The notes beneath the pieces are model-generated. The model saw only the letters and a program-made list of their open reading frames with translations, was not told where the DNA came from and searched no databases. From an uncultured bacterium (GTDB lineage Bacteria > Latescibacterota > MWCZ01): a DNA stretch of 64,000 nt. Each line of letters begins with the position of its first letter. The first letter of the stretch is position 1. A program made the translations under genes and the position numbers. Positions 58,778 to 64,000 of this stretch are shown here, in pieces. The DNA is taken from NCBI GenBank assembly GCA_964510105.1, contig CAZEAI010000008.1, positions 6,923 to 70,922 on the forward strand, written 5' to 3'.

Positions 58778-60646
58778 TCACCGCGCGCCGATCACGCCAC
58801 GCTGTCGGAGCAGGCCGAGGAGCCGATCCACGGCCTGGTCGACAGTGAGCTGGGTGGTGGAAACCACTATGTCGGGATCGCCAGGCTCTTCGTAGGGGGC
58901 GGAGATGCCGGTGAATTGCTTGATCTCGCCGCTGCGCGCTTTCTTGTACAAGCCTTTCGGGTCGCGTCTTTCGCATTCGTCCAGATCGCACTCGACGAAT
59001 ACCTCTATGAAGGCATCGCCTATGATCTCTCGGGCGCTATCCCGGAACGTTCTACTGGGAGAGATGAAGGACGCGATGACCAGCATGCCTGCGTCGTTGA
59101 ACAGATGCGCAGTTTCAGCGACACGACGAATGTTCTCTTCTCGATCGGCGTCTGAGAATCCGAGATCCCGGTTGAGGCCATGTCGAACGTTGTCGCCGTC
59201 GAGAACATAGCAGGCCTGCCCCATGTTCATCAGGCGCAACTCAAGCGCGTGAGCGATGGTCGATTTCCCGGAACCGCTGAGGCCGGTGAGCCACAACGTG
59301 GCCGGTCCCTGCCTGAAGAACCGCTGACGTTGATCTGTTGAAACCAGGCTCTGCGTGCGCGTGATATTCGCACTGATGACGCCGCCCTCATCGGGGAGTC
59401 GGTCGATGATCATGCCGCACGCAACCGTACGGTTGCTTTCAGGATCTATCAGAATGAAGGAGCCGGTGCTGCGATTGCGTTGATAGCTCTCACAGGGGAT
59501 CGGCTGGAATAGCCCCAGTGAAACGCGCCCGATCTCGTTTGTCGCCAAGGTGCCGGCATCTGCACGGTGGAGCGTGTCGGGATCGACTTTGTAGGTGATC
59601 TTCTCGACAGACGTGCGCAGGATGGCGGTGCCATGTTTGAGACGGTAGTCCACACTGATATCCAAAGGCGCTTCGTCCATCCACACAAGCATGGCTTCGA
59701 TCTCTCGACGGATCTGCGGTTGGTTGCCCGGATGTACCAACATATCGCCGCGGCTCAGGTCGATCTCGTCGGCCAGGCATACGGTGACTGCGTGCGGAGG
59801 GAAGGCGTAGTCGCTCTCACCATCGGCGGTGAGAATGCGCTCGACCGTCGTGTTCCCACCGGAAGGCAGGGCCAGAACCTCATCGCCCACGCGAAGGACA
59901 CCGGACTCGATACTACCACAGTAGCCACGAAAGCCTGAGTTCGGTCGGTTCACGAACTGGATGGGCATGCGAAAGTCGATCAGGTTACGGTCGCCGGCTA
60001 TTTCGACGGTCTCCAGATGCGGAAGGAGAGCGCTGCCCTCATACCACGGCATCTTCTCGCTGCGTGTTACGACATTGTCGCCGCAGAGCGCGCTGATCGG
60101 CATGAACGTGAGTCCGGGCAGGTCTAGCTTGGCAGCGAAATCCGCGTATTCGCCGTGCAGATCATTGTAGACGTCCTCGGAGTAGTCGACGATGTCCATC
60201 TTGTTGACGGCAACTACCACGTGGGCTGTACCCATCAGGGAAGCGATGAAACCATGGCGTTTCGACTGCGTGGTGATGCCGTTCTTGGCATCAAGCAGGA
60301 TGATCGCGAGGCCTGCGCCGGACGCCCCCGTGACCATGTTGCGGGTGTACTGCTCATGTCCCGGCGTGTCGGCGATGATGAAGCGACGTCGCGGCGTGGA
60401 GAAGTAGCGATAGGCGACGTCGATCGTGATGCCCTGCTCACGTTCGGCTTTCAGTCCGTCCGTCAGCAATGCCAGATCCGTATCGCGGCTCAGCTTCCTG
60501 GAGGCCTCGCCAACCGCATGCAGATGGTCCTCGTAGACGGAGTTCGTCTCGTAGAGCAGGCGTCCGATCAGGGTCGATTTGCCGTCGTCAACGCTTCCAG
60601 CCGTGCAGAAACGCAGGAGTTCGGTGCTCTGTGCGGGGTGGTTCAT
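58778..60646 (-). CDS. cysNC: bifunctional sulfate adenylyltransferase subunit 1 / adenylylsulfate kinase (CysN-CysC fusion)
   Basis: N-terminal GTPase fold (CTAGSVDDGKSTLIGRLL, DTPGHEQY, NKMD). C-terminal APS-kinase (LWLTGLSGSGKSTIA...GDNVRHGLNRDLGFS...KARSGEIKQFTGISAPYEEP). Confidence 0.85.
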   Translation of the reverse strand: MNHPAQSTELLRFCTAGSVDDGKSTLIGRLLYETNSVYEDHLHAVGEASRKLSRDTDLALLTDGLKAEREQGITIDVAYRYFSTPRRRFIIADTPGHEQYTRNMVTGASGAGLAIILLDAKNGITTQSKRHGFIASLMGTAHVVVAVNKMDIVDYSEDVYNDLHGEYADFAAKLDLPGLTFMPISALCGDNVVTRSEKMPWYEGSALLPHLETVEIAGDRNLIDFRMPIQFVNRPNSGFRGYCGSIESGVLRVGDEVLALPSGGNTTVERILTADGESDYAFPPHAVTVCLADEIDLSRGDMLVHPGNQPQIRREIEAMLVWMDEAPLDISVDYRLKHGTAILRTSVEKITYKVDPDTLHRADAGTLATNEIGRVSLGLFQPIPCESYQRNRSTGSFILIDPESNRTVACGMIIDRLPDEGGVISANITRTQSLVSTDQRQRFFRQGPATLWLTGLSGSGKSTIAHALELRLMNMGQACYVLDGDNVRHGLNRDLGFSDADREENIRRVAETAHLFNDAGMLVIASFISPSRTFRDSAREIIGDAFIEVFVECDLDECERRDPKGLYKKARSGEIKQFTGISAPYEEPGDPDIVVSTTQLTVDQAVDRLLGLLRQRGVIGAR

Positions 60647-60740
60647 GGCTGCTCAGTCCTACGTTCAACTCGTGCGGGAATGGATCGCGGTGGCCTGTTT
60701 TTGTACCGCGGTTCAGGCTCTGGGCTTTCGGCCGAGCAGC

Positions 60741-61628
60741 TTAGAAGTAGCCCTCGCGCTTCTTCTGCTCCATGGAAGCATCCTGATCGTGGTCGATGAC
60801 GCGTGTGCTGCGCTCCGATTGGCGAAACTCTTTCATCTCTTCGATGATCTCTTCAGTGCTGGTCGCGGTCGAGCGCACCGCCCCGGTACAAGGACTGCAT
60901 CCCAGAGTGCGGAACCGGCACATCACAGTCTGGCTATCCTCATCGGGATCGGCAGGAATCAGTTGGCCGTTCCTCTCGATCACCTGACGTTCCGTGGCGT
61001 AGTACATCGGTACAATCGGAATGTCCTCCTGCTGGATGTATTCCCAGACATCCAGCTCGGTCCAGTTCGACAGGGGAAACACCCGGATTGATTCGCCTGG
61101 ATTGAGCTTGGGATTGAAGAGGCGCCAGATCTCCGGGCGCTGGTTCTTCGGATCCCACTGGCCATACTCATCCCGGAAGGAACAGATGCGCTCCTTAGCG
61201 CGGGAACGCTCTTCATCGCGACGGGCGCCGCCGAAGGCAGCGTCGTAGCCGCCCTGACGCAGGGCAGCAAGCAGTGCCTGTGTCTTCAGAAGCTCGCAGC
61301 AGCGGACCGTGCCCTGCTTCGAGGGATGGGTGCCCTTGCCAATCGCATCCTCGTTCCGGTAGACCCGCAGGTCGGCTCCGATCTCCTTGCAGAAGCGGTC
61401 ACGAAACTCGACCATCTCCGGAAACTTGACGCCCGTATCTACATGCAGTAGCGGGAACGGTATCTTGCCGGGAGAGAAGGCCTTCTGGGCGAGCCGCACC
61501 ATCGTGGACGAGTCTTTCCCGATCGAGTAGAGCATCACGGGTTTCTCATACTCCGCGAAGACTTCCCGGATGATGTGGATACTCTCGGCTTCCAGGTCTT
61601 TGAGCGCGCCTATGCGATAGCTTTCCAT
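60741..61628 (-). CDS. cysD: sulfate adenylyltransferase subunit 2
   Basis: [47 protein letters not shown], the PAPS-reductase-fold CysD signature. Confidence 0.85.
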   Translation of the reverse strand: MESYRIGALKDLEAESIHIIREVFAEYEKPVMLYSIGKDSSTMVRLAQKAFSPGKIPFPLLHVDTGVKFPEMVEFRDRFCKEIGADLRVYRNEDAIGKGTHPSKQGTVRCCELLKTQALLAALRQGGYDAAFGGARRDEERSRAKERICSFRDEYGQWDPKNQRPEIWRLFNPKLNPGESIRVFPLSNWTELDVWEYIQQEDIPIVPMYYATERQVIERNGQLIPADPDEDSQTVMCRFRTLGCSPCTGAVRSTATSTEEIIEEMKEFRQSERSTRVIDHDQDASMEQKKREGYF

Positions 61629-61715
61629 GCGTCCTGTTCTCTCCAGCACTGACCTGGGTGGCCGCCTGTAATCGTTCCTGATCGGGTTCGTTCCTGGTCG
61701 GATTCAGGCTCCCGC

Positions 61716-63179
61716 CTAATTCAGAGCGACCTGTTTCGCACCGCGATAGAGGTTGTTCGCTTCGTCAAGAAGAGATTGAGGAACGATGCCGGTATCCACT
61801 TCCCGCAGCCTGACCGGCTGGATCGTAGTCGCGGCTGAAAGCAATCTGTCAGGATGCTGAGCTCCAATCACATCGGCCAACGCTTGTAGTCCGTGCTCCG
61901 GATCCTCACACAGTCCGTCGTAATGGAGGAAATGCAGATTGCCTACACTGTTCGCCAACAGATGTCGGTAGCCAGCTACCCAGTACTCAAGCCAGAAAGC
62001 CAACTTTCCGGCGTCCTTCGACGTACGTCCATCCAACCAGCCATCGAAATCGATGGGTCGCAGGTTCTCGCCGAAGTCGAAGTGTCCGATCGCTCGCATG
62101 TATTCCGATGCGAATGGGTCATCTTTCTGGATACTGAGGAAATTCAGATGTTGCTTCAGCAATGAAGCTGCGTGCTGAAGCGGCTCCCGAAATGGGACGA
62201 GGATCTCCGAAGTCGGAAAATGCCTATGCAGCCAGCCGATACGCGCGGTGTTGGGGTTGTTCTTCGACACATATCGTGCTGTTGCTACATCCCGACCTCG
62301 GCGCAACAGGACGATCTTGCGCATGTGATCGCGAAAAAACTCTTCGAACTCTTCATGCGCCTCGTTCTGCCAGACTACGATGCGATCATCCCTGTAATGT
62401 GACCGCCAGAAGGTCTTCCACAGCACCTCCTCCAGCGCCTCGGGGCTATCGACATTCATGAGCATGCCGTCACCGTGAGCGCGTTCCCGCAGCGCGCTCT
62501 CGCGTCTGAAGACCGCAGAGAACTGGTTCCACAGACAGGGCGTGAGTACGAATGGCATATCGCGGTAACTGTGAGATGCGAGATCCGGCATCTGTGCGCA
62601 ACACTCGAGTAGCAGAGTCGTACCCGCGCGGGGCAACGCTGTGATGAAGACTGGACGATCGATCTTGCATGCGGCAAGCTGGCGGGCAAATAGCTGGCTC
62701 TCGATGTCGGCGAGCGGGATCTGTGCTACGTAGGTCTTGAACGCAATCCGGTGCACTAGCCGATCTATGGGCGAGTAATCGCTCTTTTTGTCGCCGATCT
62801 TCGGGGAGTTCGAAACCAGTGACAGAGCGAGAAAGGCGAATGCGCTGCTCGCGATGAGGAACGCCGGAGATACCGCGACATCCATGACCGACTGGAGAGA
62901 AACGAGGTCAAGACGATCACCGATCCATAGTACTCCTACTGGTAGCAGGAGCGCCGCTGCTCCACCAACGGCCAAGACGAAGGACAACCCGAACAACCGT
63001 TTCGCATCGGCCTGGACCGCGCTCTCTTTCGCGTCGTCATCCAAGGTTGTGCTGCGAATCACCTCAAGCGAACGACGTGCGATCGGGATGACCTCTCTGC
63101 TCTTGTCAATCAGTCCGAAAGCTCGAATGAGAGCGAAGAAGCCTACGACAAGGAAAGTCGCGACAATCCACTCGATCAT
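61716..63179 (-). CDS. membrane-anchored sulfotransferase-family protein
   Basis: N-terminal roughly 130 aa with 3-4 TM helices. Then ITALPRAGTTLLLE (5'-PSB, the PAPS phosphate-binding loop of sulfotransferases) and a downstream RxxxxxxS-like 3'-PB region. Confidence 0.55.
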   Translation of the reverse strand: MIEWIVATFLVVGFFALIRAFGLIDKSREVIPIARRSLEVIRSTTLDDDAKESAVQADAKRLFGLSFVLAVGGAAALLLPVGVLWIGDRLDLVSLQSVMDVAVSPAFLIASSAFAFLALSLVSNSPKIGDKKSDYSPIDRLVHRIAFKTYVAQIPLADIESQLFARQLAACKIDRPVFITALPRAGTTLLLECCAQMPDLASHSYRDMPFVLTPCLWNQFSAVFRRESALRERAHGDGMLMNVDSPEALEEVLWKTFWRSHYRDDRIVVWQNEAHEEFEEFFRDHMRKIVLLRRGRDVATARYVSKNNPNTARIGWLHRHFPTSEILVPFREPLQHAASLLKQHLNFLSIQKDDPFASEYMRAIGHFDFGENLRPIDFDGWLDGRTSKDAGKLAFWLEYWVAGYRHLLANSVGNLHFLHYDGLCEDPEHGLQALADVIGAQHPDRLLSAATTIQPVRLREVDTGIVPQSLLDEANNLYRGAKQVALN

Positions 63180-63415
63180 TCGGAGGGTTCCTCGGTCTCG
63201 CTATGACTGGACTTCTTCAGCATTCGTATCAGCCGCCTGACCGGATACCACACGAAACCGAACAAAGCGAGAACGATGGCCGCAACCACGGCGAGAAACG
63301 CACCAATGGCAGACAACCCAGCGCCCGGTCCGATATAGGCCATGGCAGACACTGGCGTCAGGCAGGCCAGGATGATGGCTCCGATTGCGCGCTCAGGCAC
63401 TCGTTGGCAGGCCAT
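63176..63415 (-). CDS. small integral membrane protein (2 TM), hypothetical
   Basis: 79 aa with two hydrophobic helices. The stop overlaps the sulfotransferase start (ATGA), which suggests translational coupling. Confidence 0.35.
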   Translation of the reverse strand: MACQRVPERAIGAIILACLTPVSAMAYIGPGAGLSAIGAFLAVVAAIVLALFGFVWYPVRRLIRMLKKSSHSETEEPSE

Positions 63416-63434
63416 GAATTCCCTCCGATCGTCG

Positions 63435-64000
63435 CTATCGACGCAGGAACCGAGAGTAGTCTACCGGCAGCCCTTGCGCCTGCGATACGAGTCCGACTAT
63501 TCCACGGTCGATGTAGTTGACGTACTCCCAGACGATCTCGCCTTCCCGGGTAACCTCAAACACTCTGCCGTAGTGTGCATCGGTGAGGAGTAGATTACCG
63601 TTCGGCAGCCACTGATGCGCTCCTTGAGCGCCAGTGAAGAACGGATTGTCCGCCCCGCCCTCGTAGTACACCCGCGTGCTGTCGCCGGGTGCCGATATGA
63701 TGAGTATACGACTGTGAAGGACACCGTCGTCCGACGGATTTCCCGGGTTGTTGTCGAAAACGGAGAAAGTGTCTCCATCGATGAAATCCGGATCGTGCTG
63801 CCTTGTGAAGATGCCAGTGGAGATGTACTTGATACTCTCGGTGTCTTCGTTGAAAACAAATATGGTACTAGGGTTGCGCAGCGAAACCAGCACGTCGCCT
63901 CTCCCAAAGAAACCTTCCTCCAACGCGTCGGGGAACGGCTCGGCGTCGTTCATGTGCAGTCGGTCGTCGAGGAGTTCGAAGTAGGGCTCCGCAGGCTGCT
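63435..64000 (-). CDS. arylsulfotransferase (ASST)-like beta-propeller protein, C-terminal part (5' end beyond the window)
   Basis: HQWLPNGNLLLTDAHYGRVFEVTREGEIVWEY resembles conserved ASST-family blade motifs. The gene is truncated by the window edge. Confidence 0.4.
   Translation of the reverse strand, partial: QPAEPYFELLDDRLHMNDAEPFPDALEEGFFGRGDVLVSLRNPSTIFVFNEDTESIKYISTGIFTRQHDPDFIDGDTFSVFDNNPGNPSDDGVLHSRILIISAPGDSTRVYYEGGADNPFFTGAQGAHQWLPNGNLLLTDAHYGRVFEVTREGEIVWEYVNYIDRGIVGLVSQAQGLPVDYSRFLRR

Noticed and set aside
1-64000. CRISPR arrays, tRNA/rRNA genes, IS elements, integrases
   Set aside because: No direct-repeat/spacer periodicity, no cloverleaf-like conserved tRNA segments and no transposase or integrase motifs were recognised. 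The only repeats found are the two intergenic repeat families and the tandem NTF2-like gene array.

Overview
This window is a 64-kb, high-GC (about 65%) bacterial chromosomal segment. Several proteins carry a C-terminal NPFNP-type sorting domain that looks like a T9SS/Por substrate signal. That, together with the GC content, suggests a Gemmatimonadota-like or other FCB-group lineage, but this is inference. There are no rRNA, tRNA, CRISPR or IS/transposase genes that I could recognise. Coordinates 1-35000 form a glycan-utilisation-like island. It contains two GH32/43-like beta-propeller hydrolases, a BNR/sialidase-like protein, a GH116 (GBA2-like) glucosidase and a GHL6/GH42-like protein. It also contains several large secreted multidomain hydrolase-like proteins, two xylose-isomerase-like TIM-barrel proteins, an aldo/keto reductase, an amidohydrolase, a creatininase-family protein, a radical-SAM SPL-like protein and three uroporphyrinogen-decarboxylase (URO-D)-superfamily paralogues. 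Coordinates 34893-41527 encode a giant WD40 + fibronectin-III-like repeat protein with a T9SS C-terminal domain. Its reading frame is broken by a frameshift and by an in-frame TGA. Coordinates 42-52 kb hold what I judge the most unusual locus. It is a roughly 1600-aa single ORF fusing an ECF sigma-70 factor (regions 2 and 4), an NB-ARC/STAND NTPase, WD40 repeats and a degenerate class-III nucleotidyl-cyclase-like domain. It is flanked by six NTF2-like (SnoaL/DUF4440) lipoprotein genes, four of them in tandem, and is followed by a stand-alone cyclase-homology ORF. The locus is bracketed by a conserved roughly 100-bp palindromic intergenic element. Downstream lie two T9SS cargo genes (a WD40 protein and a parallel beta-helix protein), each preceded by a conserved hairpin-containing intergenic repeat that shows compensatory base changes. 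The 3' end carries malate dehydrogenase and a sulfation cluster: ASST-like protein, small membrane protein, membrane-anchored sulfotransferase, cysD and a fused cysNC. All functional calls rest on motif recognition by eye. No database search was run.
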